This document shows, one piece after another, positions 38,801-49,268 of a stretch of 64,000 bases of DNA. The translations under genes were made by a program, and so were the position numbers. The stretch lies in NCBI GenBank assembly GCA_963754835.1, contig CAVWHR010000047.1, positions 35,568-99,567 on the forward strand, written 5' to 3'. The notes below the pieces were generated by a model. That model was not told the DNA's origin, did not search any database, and worked only from the letters and a program-made list of their open reading frames with translations. The stretch's first letter is position 1. Each line of letters starts with the position of its first letter. The DNA comes from an uncultured Chloroflexia bacterium (GTDB lineage: Bacteria; Chloroflexota; Anaerolineae; Anaerolineales; Villigracilaceae).

Positions 38801-40654
38801 CCGACCCCCATACCAATGGCATGGTCCCGCATAAATTCAACCCAATTCCTGTCGCGCGATACCATCCATGCCATAGCCATCAACCCCTCCGACCCGGGAG
38901 TGATCTATGTTGGCACCCTTAACGCGGGTGTATTCAAATCAATTGACGGCGGTGTCTCGTGGCAGCCTGCCCAAAACGGAATGGGCGGTGCGTCCATCGA
39001 CACGCTGGTAATCGACCCACAACAACCCGATACGCTTTTTGCCGGCGTCTATTCCGGTGGACTCTATAAGACCACCGATGGAGGCGCAAATTGGGTGTCG
39101 TATGGTTCGGAGTTCGAGAGTGGCGGGATCGACAGCATCATCGTGATGGACCCTGCGGACCATCTGCATTTATATTACGCACCCGATGCGCCTAATTTCG
39201 AGAGCCAGGATGGTGGCAAGACCTGGTCGAAATTCAATCTGGACTCGCCCCGACCTTGTCCCAATCAGATCGGGGCCCTGCTCCTGGACCCGGAAGATCA
39301 ATCCCTGTATGCAAATCAGTGGGGAAACGATGGGACATGCAAACCCGGGGTCTATCAATCTGGGGACCACGGCCGGACCTGGACTCTGGTCGGTTTAAAA
39401 GATGTCAGCTTTATTACCGGTCTATTTATTGGGACGGATTTTAGTGGAGACAAACTGCTCATCGCAATTACGGATCAACACGTGTATTTTTCTATTGATC
39501 AAGGGAAAACGTGGAACACACAAGCCATCTCCTGCCGCGCAATCGCTGTCGACCCTCAGGCCCTTACCACTCTATATTGTGCGAATTGGAATGGTGGCAT
39601 CAGTAAATCGATTGACGCTGGATCATCCTGGACAGATCTCCCGGGGGTGAAATCCGAAACTTTTCAAGCCATCTCTGTCCTGGCCGGAGCCTCTCCCCGC
39701 CTGGCCGCGGGAGGTATAAAAGTCTTCATCTCCGCCGATCAGGGTGTATCGTGGAACAATTACGACAGCGGCCTGGCGGGACAACAGGAAGACCTGACGC
39801 TCGACCCATCCAACCCGTCCATCTTCTATTTGAAAAACAATGCTGCTTGGGAAGATTGCCATCCTCTGTATCGTTCAAATGATGCCGGGCGTACCTGGAA
39901 CCAGATTTCTTCCACAGGCTGCGGATTGACCTTCGGACCCGAAGGGACGGACCTTTATCGAGCTGAAAGTAGCCGGCTTTCCCATTCCACCGACCAGGGT
40001 TCTCATTGGACTACTCTCACCATGCCATCGGGTTGCGAGCAGGTGTATGCAAATCCGTACGCTCCGGGTGAATTGATCGCATCCTGTCCGGGCAGTGACC
40101 CAAATACTTTTTTTTATTCGAATGATTTCGGGAAAACCTGGCAGCAATCCAACGGGGATAGTGAACGAATGGACGTTAACCGATTGTTCTTTGGCGGAAG
40201 TACCGGGCAGCGCGTCTATGCTATTTACTCTCCAGATTACCGGTCGGACGACGGCGGTAAATCCTGGCAAGCTTGCGGGAGTACAGGCTTGGCATCTTCA
40301 TCATCTTCCGATTCCCGTCTGATCATCGATCCACAAAACCCCGATCACATCCTTCGGACTTCCGAAGGCGCGGGTGTCCTGATCAGTACTGACGGTTGTC
40401 GGTCCTGGACACCAAGCAACACCGGCTTGGGCAGCCTGATGGTCAATACCCTGGCGCGCGACCCGAAGAATGTCAACACTATCTACGCCGGCACAGACGG
40501 CGGAGCCTATATATCCTTTAATGGCGGTCAAAGCTGGGGACAGATCAACGACGGCCTGCTCGGCGTAAACGCGGTGTATTCGATTGTGGTGGACCCACAG
40601 TCGAATGTCTACGCCGCCACGCCCTATGGGATCTTCAAGTTGGAGAGCAAGTAA
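35900..40654 (+). CDS. STAND-type P-loop NTPase + TPR + 7x52-aa helical repeats + TM + double Asp-box (BNR/sortilin-like) beta-propeller
   Basis: 1584 aa with a TTG start after GAGGG. NPYIAGAPV..FFGRD..HGQRRVGKTS (Walker A) and LLLTFDEFD (Walker B). TM segment WLWSSVGIAAVVGLVFIAI preceded by RRTARKWW. Thr/Pro linker. 13 S.DGG.SW-type Asp-boxes. Confidence 0.85.
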   Translation: MGEIINPYIAGAPVIEARMFFGRDDVFDWIEKSITGQYAEHILVIHGQRRVGKTSVLKQLGNRLPSKYIPVFFDLQGRTHTTLDRFLWWLAREIVRELKQECNIDMSLPEKEAFAGDAEFFESHFLPDLKSKIGEHTLLLTFDEFDNLEESEIKEALGRPLIDYLRRLMGMQGLTFIFSIGSSGRKLENMQGSYTEFFKTALYKKISFLSEDQTQKLVTRPVEGILEYEPAAVERIYAIASGHPYFTQLTCHEVFARCQQTEQRRVQKEDVEAVLDDVVERGTVNLKFVWDDATDLEKWTLAALAQLGKTDSRSLAEYLRKQRVRFSDTDLNTSLLHLREKDVLTSENRFIIQLLKRWLEKNRPIEQVREELTEVNPIANRYIEIGLEFSETRQYDQAIDSFQRALEVDTDNIQAQVNIAEVYMDQKDFERAVVEFEKALAFDDEDVSARSGLCEAHLALGDAAIRRNRIKDAILSYQRVLTINSEHIEARQRMAEMMRQRAEKALTDGRDEEALSAFSEALKYTPEEPVLIERVEQVRTEKKAKVLAAQFARSEKEASSKNWDKAIAALNEALEIAPGDESILKKIADVKESQLNERLKTILAKADQAEKLSRWDTAVAALREYLSLKEDDVKIQKRLADLIEAKHSTWLKTILTRTEEAVAAQKWDDAFAALNEILSIEPENLEIQKKMEEVRKAQKTAKLGSILRQAEQVAQAGKWDEAIEALNNGIALAPADERLQKELTQVMEAKRTARLKAALRLAETAAQSNKWNVAIDSLNEILTVEPENHEIQNKLKEIQKRQRENRLNALRTQAMSMERTERFEEALSAWQAYLALEPDDRQAAQVEIGSVKKAQELALSYATAQNAFAKKNYDKAIGLLKGIVVENADYKEASHLMAEAVELRRTARKWWQSRWLWSSVGIAAVVGLVFIAIRFAPLQMAVPGTPIAISIVGTQVTVAATVQPTTAPTPIPMAWSRINSTQFLSRDTIHAIAINPSDPGVIYVGTLNAGVFKSIDGGVSWQPAQNGMGGASIDTLVIDPQQPDTLFAGVYSGGLYKTTDGGANWVSYGSEFESGGIDSIIVMDPADHLHLYYAPDAPNFESQDGGKTWSKFNLDSPRPCPNQIGALLLDPEDQSLYANQWGNDGTCKPGVYQSGDHGRTWTLVGLKDVSFITGLFIGTDFSGDKLLIAITDQHVYFSIDQGKTWNTQAISCRAIAVDPQALTTLYCANWNGGISKSIDAGSSWTDLPGVKSETFQAISVLAGASPRLAAGGIKVFISADQGVSWNNYDSGLAGQQEDLTLDPSNPSIFYLKNNAAWEDCHPLYRSNDAGRTWNQISSTGCGLTFGPEGTDLYRAESSRLSHSTDQGSHWTTLTMPSGCEQVYANPYAPGELIASCPGSDPNTFFYSNDFGKTWQQSNGDSERMDVNRLFFGGSTGQRVYAIYSPDYRSDDGGKSWQACGSTGLASSSSSDSRLIIDPQNPDHILRTSEGAGVLISTDGCRSWTPSNTGLGSLMVNTLARDPKNVNTIYAGTDGGAYISFNGGQSWGQINDGLLGVNAVYSIVVDPQSNVYAATPYGIFKLESK
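37526..38632 (+). repeat. Seven tandem 52-aa (156-nt) helical-hairpin coding repeats inside the 1584-aa ORF
   Basis: Units such as RLKTILAKADQAEKLSRWDTAVAALREYLSLKEDDVKIQKRLADLIEAKHST and KLGSILRQAEQVAQAGKWDEAIEALNNGIALAPADERLQKELTQVMEAKRTA. The last unit ends in RRTARKWW just before the TM. Confidence 0.8.
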
Positions 40655-42930
40655 TGGCAGATCATCGCGATCTCGAACAGATTTATACCGACGCTAAATC
40701 TGCACTCAAAGTCCGGGACTACGACCGCGCCCGGGGCTTGTTGACCAGCATCCTGGCGGTGGATGAGAACTACCGGGATGCATCCCGCTTGCTGGCCCAA
40801 ACCGTCCGTTTGCGACGGCGACGCTGGCACAACCATCCAGCGCTATGGATGGTGATCGGGTTGGCCGTTTTGGTCGGACTGGGAATCGTCATCGCTCCCA
40901 AACTTCAGGGTTCATTTTCCAGGCAAATTTCTTCCCCAACACAACCACCAACGGTTACACAACCTATACAGACCACGGCCGTCTCCTCACCGACCTCCGC
41001 AGCGACTCCCATCCCATTGACCTGGTCCCGCCTGAGCCTGGCTCAAATTCTGCCGCGGGACACCATACATGCAATAGCCATCAATCCCTCCGATCCGGAT
41101 GTGATCTATATTGTTACACAGCATGCGGGTGTATACAAATCGATAAATGGCGGTGTCTCCTGGCAACCTGCCCAAAATGGAATGGAAGGCGCGTCCATCG
41201 ATACCCTGGTAATCGATCCCCAACAACCGGAAACGCTTTATGCCGGCGTCTACCAGGGTGGACTATATACGACTACCGACGGAGGCGCAAATTGGGTATC
41301 CTACGGTTCGGAATTTACTGTTAACTACGGTGACAGCTTCATCGTGATTGACCCTGCAAACCATCAACACCTATATTACGATACATCCCAGGCACTGCGC
41401 GAGAGCCATGACAGCGGCGAGACCTGGCCAGAAACCAGCCAGGACTGTCCTAATCAAGTAGGAGCTCTTCTTTTGGATCCCGCAGATCAATCCCTGTATG
41501 CAAGTCAATCACAGGCTGGTGGATCGTGCACCTCGGGGGTTTATCGTTATCAATCTGGCGACTACGGCTGGACATGGACTTTGGTCGGATTAAATGGAGT
41601 CAATGATATTAATGGTCTTTATATAGGGAAGGATTTACGCGGAGACAAACTGCTCATCGCTAAGGCAGAATCGGAAAAATCCCCAGATTCAATCTCCTCG
41701 CCCTCACACGTATATTTTTCTACTGATCATGGGAAAACGTGGAACACCCAGGCCATCGCATGCAACACGCTCGCCGTCGACCCTCAGACAACTACTACTT
41801 TCTATTGCGCGAAAACCAACGGCGGGTTGATTAAATCCACTGACGGCGGAATAACCTGGAAGAGTTTTCTGGGGGTGAATTCCGGAACATACCAGGCCAT
41901 TTCTGTGCTAGCCGGCCCTTCTCCCCGCCTGGTCCTTGGAGGTACAAACGTCGCCATCTCCGCCGATCAGGGCGCCTCATGGACTAATTACGATAGCGGC
42001 CTGCCGGGACAACAAGTAGACCTGACGCTCGACCCATCCAACGCGTCTATTTTCTATGTGAAATCTGTTGGATCGGATACTGATGAAATGGCCGATTGCG
42101 ATCTCTTTTATCGCTCAATTGACACTGGGCGTACCTGGAATCAGAATTCTTCCGCGGGCTGTGGTTTGACCTTCGGGCCCGGAGGAATAGACCTCTATCG
42201 AATCGGTCTTTATCAAATCGCCCGCGAGATGGGTGGTGTTGCCAGTGTGCTTTTCCATTCCACCGATCAGGGTGCTCATTGGACCAATATCTCCTTACCA
42301 TCATACAACGTCCGGCGAGTGTATGCAAATCCATTTGTGCCGGGTGCATTGATCATAGTCGCTTATAGCCCAGGCCCCAATTCCTTTTTCTATTCGAATT
42401 TCGGGTATGACTGGCGGCCGTCCAGCGGATCTGACCGATATGACCCCCTAGTCCGGCTGTTCTTTAGTGGAAGTACTGGGCAGCGCGTCTATGCCGTGTA
42501 CTCGTCCCCTCCCGATTACCGATCCGATGACGGTGGTAAATCCTGGTACTCTTGCGGGGACGCAAATACACAACCATCCTTTTCCGATTCCCGTCTGATC
42601 ATCGATCCGCATAACCCCGATCACATCCTTGAAGCCACTCAAGGCTATGGGGTCGCGATCAGTACTGACGGCTGCTGGTCTTGGAAAGTAAGCAACGCTG
42701 GTCTAGGCAGCCTGTTGGTCAATACTCTGGCGCACGACCCGAAGAATGCCAACACAATCTATGCCGGCACGGACGGCGGAGCTTATGTGTCTTTCGACGG
42801 CGGCCAAAGCTGGGGCCAGATCAACGGCGGTTTGCTCGGAGCGAATGTGGTGTATTCGATCGTGGTGGACCCGCAGTCAAATGTCTACGCCGCCACACCT
42901 TATGGGATCTTCAAGCTGGAGAGCAAATAA
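40654..42930 (+). CDS. TM Asp-box beta-propeller paralog 2 (one helical unit + RRRRW + TM + linker + propellers)
   Basis: 758 aa. TAATG overlap with the previous stop. MADHRDLEQIYTDAKSALK..RLRRRRW, TM segment LWMVIGLAVLVGLGIVI, many S.DGG.SW motifs, and the conserved C-terminus VVYSIVVDPQSNVYAATPYGIFKLESK. Confidence 0.85.
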   Translation: MADHRDLEQIYTDAKSALKVRDYDRARGLLTSILAVDENYRDASRLLAQTVRLRRRRWHNHPALWMVIGLAVLVGLGIVIAPKLQGSFSRQISSPTQPPTVTQPIQTTAVSSPTSAATPIPLTWSRLSLAQILPRDTIHAIAINPSDPDVIYIVTQHAGVYKSINGGVSWQPAQNGMEGASIDTLVIDPQQPETLYAGVYQGGLYTTTDGGANWVSYGSEFTVNYGDSFIVIDPANHQHLYYDTSQALRESHDSGETWPETSQDCPNQVGALLLDPADQSLYASQSQAGGSCTSGVYRYQSGDYGWTWTLVGLNGVNDINGLYIGKDLRGDKLLIAKAESEKSPDSISSPSHVYFSTDHGKTWNTQAIACNTLAVDPQTTTTFYCAKTNGGLIKSTDGGITWKSFLGVNSGTYQAISVLAGPSPRLVLGGTNVAISADQGASWTNYDSGLPGQQVDLTLDPSNASIFYVKSVGSDTDEMADCDLFYRSIDTGRTWNQNSSAGCGLTFGPGGIDLYRIGLYQIAREMGGVASVLFHSTDQGAHWTNISLPSYNVRRVYANPFVPGALIIVAYSPGPNSFFYSNFGYDWRPSSGSDRYDPLVRLFFSGSTGQRVYAVYSSPPDYRSDDGGKSWYSCGDANTQPSFSDSRLIIDPHNPDHILEATQGYGVAISTDGCWSWKVSNAGLGSLLVNTLAHDPKNANTIYAGTDGGAYVSFDGGQSWGQINGGLLGANVVYSIVVDPQSNVYAATPYGIFKLESK

Positions 42931-45224
42931 TGGCAGATCATCCCGATCTCGAACAGATCTACACCGAGGCCAAATCTGCTCTCAAAGCCCGGGAGTATGA
43001 CCGCGCCCGGGATTTGTTGGCTAGCATCCTGGCGGTAGACGAGAACTATCGAGATGTTTCCAGGTTGTTGGCTCAAACCGTCCGGCTTCGCCGGCGACGC
43101 TGGTACAACGATATCCGCTTATGGGGGTCGGTGATCGGCTTGGTTGTAATTGGTCTGCTTGTTTGGATCGTTCCCAAGATATCACTGAAAGCGGCACTGC
43201 CATCTCTGGCGCCTGATATAAGCTCGTTGGTGACAGCAATCCCGGCGAATACGACCATACCAACCGTTTCAACCTCGCCCACACAAACTTCCATTCCACT
43301 GGCATGGAAGAGGGTTTCCATCGGACAGGAGTTTTCGCGTGATACCATAACTGCAATTGTAGTTTCCCCCCAGGACCCTGACATCATTTACATCGGAATG
43401 CAGAGCGCGGGTATCTTCAAGTCAATTGATGGAGGGGTTTCCTGGACGCCCACACAACAGGGGATCGCCAATGCGCAGATCCTGTCATTGGTGATCAACC
43501 AACAGGATTCGAACACACTGTTAGCTGCAACGCAGGGGGGAGTGTTTGTAACACATGACGGAGGAAAATCCTGGACACAAGCAAGCGATAGGATTGGCAA
43601 TTTTCTCCTGATCGATCCAAAGAATGGTTCCCACCTGTACCTTGGAGATGGGTCAAGTGTCTTCGAATCGAATGATATGGGAGCTACATGGAATCAAACA
43701 AGCGGTGAAAGGACTTGTCCATCCCGGAGTAGTTACCACACCCTGGTCATGGATCCCAATAACAGCAGCACTCTTTTCGCAACTACCTCGGGGGAGAATG
43801 AGGGTATGGGAGGCTGTCAGGGAGTTTATCGCTCAACAGATAATGGCCGCTTGTGGACAAGACTGGGGCTGGAAGGGGCTGATGCATTTGTGATTACGCA
43901 GGGACAAGACGGAAATAGCGTCTACCTTACTGATGCTCAGTTCGAGCCCGCCCATGGTGTCAGAAATAAAGGTGGCAGCACCCTAAGCGGATTAGTAGTC
44001 TCTACAAACCAGGGTAAAGATTGGAGCATGCAGCAAAACTATTATTGCATGATATTAACAACCAACCCACAAAATCCCACTTCTGCTTATTGTGGCATCG
44101 AACAGGGAGGCCTCTCCCGGATTTCTTCACCCTTTGGCGGCGTGCTTAGCTCCGGCATAAGTGCTGAACACGTGACTGCCATCCATGTTGACACCTACAA
44201 TGGTCAGGAACGGATCATAGCAGGGGTTGAAAAGAATGGGCTTTATATTTCCAAGGATGGAGGCAAATCGTGGTCTCACCAAATTGGCGGAATAGGATCT
44301 TCGTATTTGGACTTAAATGAATCGGTTGACGGTACAAAGTTGTACGTGAATATAAAATATGACAGTATTAACTGCACCTTATACAGGTCAGATGATGGCG
44401 GCAGGAATTGGAAAACCATTCTTAGTATCGCGAATACGATAGACGAGAATGACAGGAAGAATATGGGCTTCAATGGATTCTCTATATGCTATCCTGGAAT
44501 GGACGCCGATAATAACCTATATACTATCCAGGATTTGGCACCGATGCAATTCAAAAATGGGGGTGACATTTGGGGATCTATTTCAATGCCAAAACTATTT
44601 GAACCACTATCGCTAGGAAACAGATGGATCTCAGCAAATCCGCACATATCTGGATTATTGTACTTTACATCTTGGGAGGAGCCTTATTTATATTACTCCA
44701 TCGATCAAGGTCAATCATGGCAGAAAAGCGCCGGTGCGTCCCAGCATGATAACCAGGATATCAATGCACCTTTATTTTTTGATGATTCAGGAAACATCGT
44801 GTATCGGGAATGGCAACTGTCTCTGGATGCCGGAAAAACATGGCAGGATTGTAATGGAAAATTGGCAAGAAATGATTATTCCGATTCCTTTCTGACCGTT
44901 GACCCGGGAAATAGCAAGCATATAATAATTGCATCTATGGGGGGAATCTGGACCAGCACAGACGGCTGCCAGTCCTGGACTGCAAATAACACCGGTATCG
45001 GGAGTCTGTTCGTGAATTCGGTTGACTTTGACCCTAAGAACCCCAATATTGTCTACGCCGGCACGGATAGCGGAGCCTATGTGTCCTTCGATGGCGGCCA
45101 AAGCTGGAGCCAGATCAACGACGGCCTGCTCGGCGCAACCGTGGTTTATTCGATTATGGTCGACCCGCAGTCCAATGTCTACGCCGCGACACCTTATGGG
45201 ATCTTCAAGCTGGAGAGCAAGTGA
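42930..45224 (+). CDS. TM Asp-box beta-propeller paralog 3 (divergent ectodomain)
   Basis: ATG at 42930 overlaps the TAA (TAATG). MADHPDLEQIYTEAKSALK..RRRRW plus TM. I reject the upstream ORF extension to 42681. Same conserved C-terminus. Confidence 0.85.
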   Translation: MADHPDLEQIYTEAKSALKAREYDRARDLLASILAVDENYRDVSRLLAQTVRLRRRRWYNDIRLWGSVIGLVVIGLLVWIVPKISLKAALPSLAPDISSLVTAIPANTTIPTVSTSPTQTSIPLAWKRVSIGQEFSRDTITAIVVSPQDPDIIYIGMQSAGIFKSIDGGVSWTPTQQGIANAQILSLVINQQDSNTLLAATQGGVFVTHDGGKSWTQASDRIGNFLLIDPKNGSHLYLGDGSSVFESNDMGATWNQTSGERTCPSRSSYHTLVMDPNNSSTLFATTSGENEGMGGCQGVYRSTDNGRLWTRLGLEGADAFVITQGQDGNSVYLTDAQFEPAHGVRNKGGSTLSGLVVSTNQGKDWSMQQNYYCMILTTNPQNPTSAYCGIEQGGLSRISSPFGGVLSSGISAEHVTAIHVDTYNGQERIIAGVEKNGLYISKDGGKSWSHQIGGIGSSYLDLNESVDGTKLYVNIKYDSINCTLYRSDDGGRNWKTILSIANTIDENDRKNMGFNGFSICYPGMDADNNLYTIQDLAPMQFKNGGDIWGSISMPKLFEPLSLGNRWISANPHISGLLYFTSWEEPYLYYSIDQGQSWQKSAGASQHDNQDINAPLFFDDSGNIVYREWQLSLDAGKTWQDCNGKLARNDYSDSFLTVDPGNSKHIIIASMGGIWTSTDGCQSWTANNTGIGSLFVNSVDFDPKNPNIVYAGTDSGAYVSFDGGQSWSQINDGLLGATVVYSIMVDPQSNVYAATPYGIFKLESK

Positions 45225-47001
45225 TGGCAGAGCATCCCGATCTCGAACAGATCTATACCAACGCCAAATCTGCACTCAAAGCCCGGGACTATGACCGCGC
45301 CCGGGACTTGCTGACCAGCATCCTGGCGATAGACGAGAACTATCGAGATGTTTCCAGGTTGCTGGCCCAAACCATCCGGCTGCGCCGGCAACGCTGGTAT
45401 AACGAGTCCGCTTATGGGGGATAGTGATCGGCTTGGTTGCGATTGGTTTGTTCGTATGGATTGTCCCAAAGTTGTCATTGCGAACGACACCGGCATCTCC
45501 GGCGATGAAGATAAGCTCCCCTGCAACAACCATCTCCACAAATGCAGCCATGCCAACTGTTGCATCCTCACCAACTCCAACTGCCTTTCCGCTGGCATGG
45601 AAACGCATTTCCATTGGACAGGAATTCACACGTGATACATTGACCGCCCTCGTTATTGACCCCGAAGACCCAGATATATTGTATGTTGACACGCAACATG
45701 CCGGTATTTATAAATCCATCAATGGAGGAATTTCTTGGGGGCCTGTCCAATCCAACAAACTTTCTAATAGTCCTTCTTACTCAATCTTATTGCAAGCCAG
45801 CCATGATGCCACCCAGCACGTAAGCACCTTTTCCAACACTGCCCCAGATGGAATAGAAAGAATGTATCAATTTGGCGATTTGGTTAAAGGTGTATCGAGT
45901 TTTTGGTATATTTCTGAAGATGGAGGAACGACCTGGAAAAGATTTTCTGAAGGAGGGACTTATGGAGATTCGAACACAATTGCTTTTGGCGCATCAGGAA
46001 CGGTTTTTGTTTTCTGCGGCAACAATATCTGTAAGTTCAGCCCGGATGCCAAGGATTTGACTGTACTGGGAAAGCCGGATGTGGGTGCCGAAAAGCTAAT
46101 TAGCATTTCATCCTCTAATCCAAACATCATCTATGCTGGTGGAGAAGGCCTGGCTGTTTCCAAAGATGGTGGATATACCTGGACAAAATTGAACAACGGA
46201 TTGGGAAATACAATATTAAGTTTGGAATCGGCAAAGGGAACACACAATGTTCTCTACCTGCAACCAGGCGAATGCAACAGAAACAGAGACAGGTCAACCA
46301 TGGAGCAGCCGCTTTACAGGTCCATGGACAATGGATCAACGTGGGAATACCTCCGGAAGGATGGGTGTTTCTTAATCGCGGACGCTGATGGACAAACATT
46401 TTATCGCCTGGGGACCGATGGTGATTATTTTCCCTGGATATGGCACCTGTCCAACAATGGGATGGAATGGGATAAAACCCTCATCCCGTCGCCTATCACC
46501 ACCCTCGTTGCAGATCCGAACCAACAGGGAGTATTGTACGCTTACGATGACCGGACTCCCGAGCACAAGTATGTTTCCAAAAATGATGGATTCACCTGGG
46601 ATAACGCATCCCAATCAAACGTCGGACCATGTTATGGCTCCACAATATATTTTCTCGACAGCTTTAAGCCAATGGCAATCGATCCTAATGACAACAATCA
46701 TGTTTACTTTGTTCAGGAAGGCAAGTTACAAGAGTCCTTGGATAGTTGCAACACTTCTAGTCCCGTTAAGGGAAATCCACCCGACAACATTAATTCAATC
46801 GCCATTGACCCAAACAATCCCTATACGCTCTATGCTGGTACAAACAGCGGCGCGTACGTCTCTTTCGATTCTGCCAAATCATGGAATCAAATCAACGACG
46901 GCCTGCTCGGCGCAACCGTAGTGTATTCGATCGTGATTGACCCGCAGTCGAATGTTTACGCCGCCACGCCTTATGGGATCTTCAAGCTGGAGAGCAAGTA
47001 A
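45224..47001 (+). pseudogene. TM Asp-box beta-propeller paralog 4 (shorter, divergent ectodomain); one -1 frame break at about 45405 between the helical unit and the TM
   Basis: TGATG overlap. Fragment 45221..45424 (MAEHPDLEQIYTNAKSALK..RRQRWYN) and fragment 45424..47001 (RVRLWGIVIGLVAIGLFVWIV..). Compared with paralog 3, one nt is missing in AACGAG-TCCGC. Confidence 0.8.
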
Positions 47002-49268
47002 TGACAGATCATCTCGATCTCGAACAAATTTACGCTGATGCAAAATCTGCAATCAAAGAAGGGGATTACGATCATGCACGGGATCTGTTGACCAGCATAC
47101 TGGCGGTGGACGAGAACTATCGAGATACATCCCGCTTGCTGGCACAAACCATCCGGCTGCGCAGGCGACGCTGGTATAACCATCCGGCATTATGGACGGT
47201 GATCGGGTTGATTGTCTTGATAGGAATTGGGATCCTCATCGCTCCTAAACTGCAAGGTTCACTAACCGGGCAAATTCCTCGTCCAGCACAACACCCAACG
47301 ATTATTCAACCTTTACAAGCCACCGCCGTTTTCTCACCGACTCCCGCACCTACCACCGCACCCACTTCTATCCCATTGACCTGGGCGCGGCTGAATCTTG
47401 CTCAATTCTTGGGGCGTGAAACCATCCATACAATAGCCATCAACCCCTCCGATCCCGATGTGATCTATGTAGGCTTCCTGAACGCGGGCGTGTTCAAATC
47501 GATTGATGGCGGAGTCTCCTGGCAGCCTGCCCAAAATGGGATGGCAGGTGCATCCATCGACACCTTGGTCATTGATCCTCAGGAACCGGATACGCTTTAC
47601 GCTGGCGTCTACCGGGGCGGCCTCTATAGGACTACCGACGGAGGTGCAAATTGGGTGTCCTACGGTCCGAAGTTTGAATATGGCGACGGCGTCGACAGTA
47701 TCGTTTTGATCGACCCTAGGGACCATCTGCATTTGTATTATGCTCCCAAAGGATTGTATTTCGAGAGCCGAGATGGCGGCAGGACATGGTCAAATATCAT
47801 CCCGACCTGCCCCGATCAGGTCGGAGCTCTGATCCTGGATCCCGCCGATCAATCTCTGTACGCAAGTCAGTATGGGGATGATGGGGCCTGCCCAGCCGGG
47901 GTTTATCATTATCAATCTGGCGCCCACGGCTGGACCTGGACTTTGGTCGGTCTGGAGGCTGTCGAAAATATTAATGGCCTCTTTATGGGGACGGATTCAG
48001 GCGGAGACAAACTGCTCATCGCAAATTCACAGGCACTACCGGGGCACGTGTATTTTTCTACTGATGATGGGAAATCGTGGACGATGAAAGCCATCCTCTG
48101 CATAACAATCGCAGTCGACCCTCAGACCCCTACGACCCTCTATTGCGGGAAAAGGAATGGTGGGATTCTTAAATCCACTGACGGCGGATCATCCTGGAAA
48201 AGTATCCTTTGGGCGGTGTTTGGAGATACTTTCCAAGCCATTTCTGTCCTGGCTGGCCCCTCTCCCCATCTGGTCGCCGGAAGTACAGAAGTCGCCATCT
48301 CCACGGATCAGGGCGCCTCGTGGAACAATTACGAAAGCGGCTTGGCGGGACAACCAGTTGACCTCATGATCGACCCATCCAACGCGTCCATTTTCTATTT
48401 GAAATATAATGATCAGTATGTAGCAGATTGCCATCCTTTGTATCGCTCCATGGATGCCGGGCACACTTGGAAATTGATTTCCTCCACGGGCTGTAGCTTG
48501 ACATTTGGACCTGGAGGAACGGACCTTTATCGAGTCACCATAACGGACAATGGTTATGCTGGCATCTTAGGGAATGAGATAGGTGGCCTGCTTTTACATT
48601 CTGCCGACCAGGGTGCGCATTGGGATACTCAATTTATACCATCCGGTTGTGACCACGTATTTGCAAATCCATTCACGCCAGGTACATTGATCACATCCTG
48701 TTCGACTAAGGACCCCCCTTCTGTATACTTTTATTCGAATGATTTTGGGAAGCACTGGCAGCCATTCAGCGATGTGGGTGGCCCAATTTACAATGTCGGG
48801 TTTTACTTTGGCGGAAGTGCCGGGCAGCGCGTCTATGCTATTTATGCTTCGGATTACCGGTCCGATGATGGCGGTAAATCCTGGCAACCATGCGGGGATC
48901 CAGGCGCGCCTTCATCTTCTTCCGATTCCCGTCTGATCATCGATCCGCAAAACCCCGATCACATTATTCGGACTTCCGAAGGCGCGGGTATCTTGATCAG
49001 TACTGACGGCTGTCGGTCCTGGACAAAGAGCAACAACGGCCTGGGCAGCCTGTTGGTCAATACCCTGGCACACGACCCAAAGAATATGAACACCATTTAC
49101 GCCGGTACAGATGGCGGAGCCTATGTATCCTTCAACGGCGGCCAAAGCTGGGGTCAGATCAACGACGGATTGCTCGGCGAAACCGTAGTGTATTCGATCG
49201 TGGTTGACCCGCAGTCGAATGTTTATGCTGCCACACCCTACGGGATCTTCCAACTGGAGAAAAAATGA
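47001..49268 (+). CDS. TM Asp-box beta-propeller paralog 5
   Basis: 755 aa with a TAATG overlap. MTDHLDLEQIYADAKSAIK..RRRRW plus TM. Closest to paralog 2. C-terminus ..PYGIFQLEKK. Confidence 0.85.
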   Translation: MTDHLDLEQIYADAKSAIKEGDYDHARDLLTSILAVDENYRDTSRLLAQTIRLRRRRWYNHPALWTVIGLIVLIGIGILIAPKLQGSLTGQIPRPAQHPTIIQPLQATAVFSPTPAPTTAPTSIPLTWARLNLAQFLGRETIHTIAINPSDPDVIYVGFLNAGVFKSIDGGVSWQPAQNGMAGASIDTLVIDPQEPDTLYAGVYRGGLYRTTDGGANWVSYGPKFEYGDGVDSIVLIDPRDHLHLYYAPKGLYFESRDGGRTWSNIIPTCPDQVGALILDPADQSLYASQYGDDGACPAGVYHYQSGAHGWTWTLVGLEAVENINGLFMGTDSGGDKLLIANSQALPGHVYFSTDDGKSWTMKAILCITIAVDPQTPTTLYCGKRNGGILKSTDGGSSWKSILWAVFGDTFQAISVLAGPSPHLVAGSTEVAISTDQGASWNNYESGLAGQPVDLMIDPSNASIFYLKYNDQYVADCHPLYRSMDAGHTWKLISSTGCSLTFGPGGTDLYRVTITDNGYAGILGNEIGGLLLHSADQGAHWDTQFIPSGCDHVFANPFTPGTLITSCSTKDPPSVYFYSNDFGKHWQPFSDVGGPIYNVGFYFGGSAGQRVYAIYASDYRSDDGGKSWQPCGDPGAPSSSSDSRLIIDPQNPDHIIRTSEGAGILISTDGCRSWTKSNNGLGSLLVNTLAHDPKNMNTIYAGTDGGAYVSFNGGQSWGQINDGLLGETVVYSIVVDPQSNVYAATPYGIFQLEKK

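Noticed and set aside
40385-49268. Regularly spaced conserved segments every ~2.28 kb: could this be a CRISPR-like or other non-coding array?
   Set aside because: The conserved segments are the 3' and 5' ends of long protein-coding paralogs. I saw no short (25-40 nt) direct repeats with unique spacers anywhere in the window.
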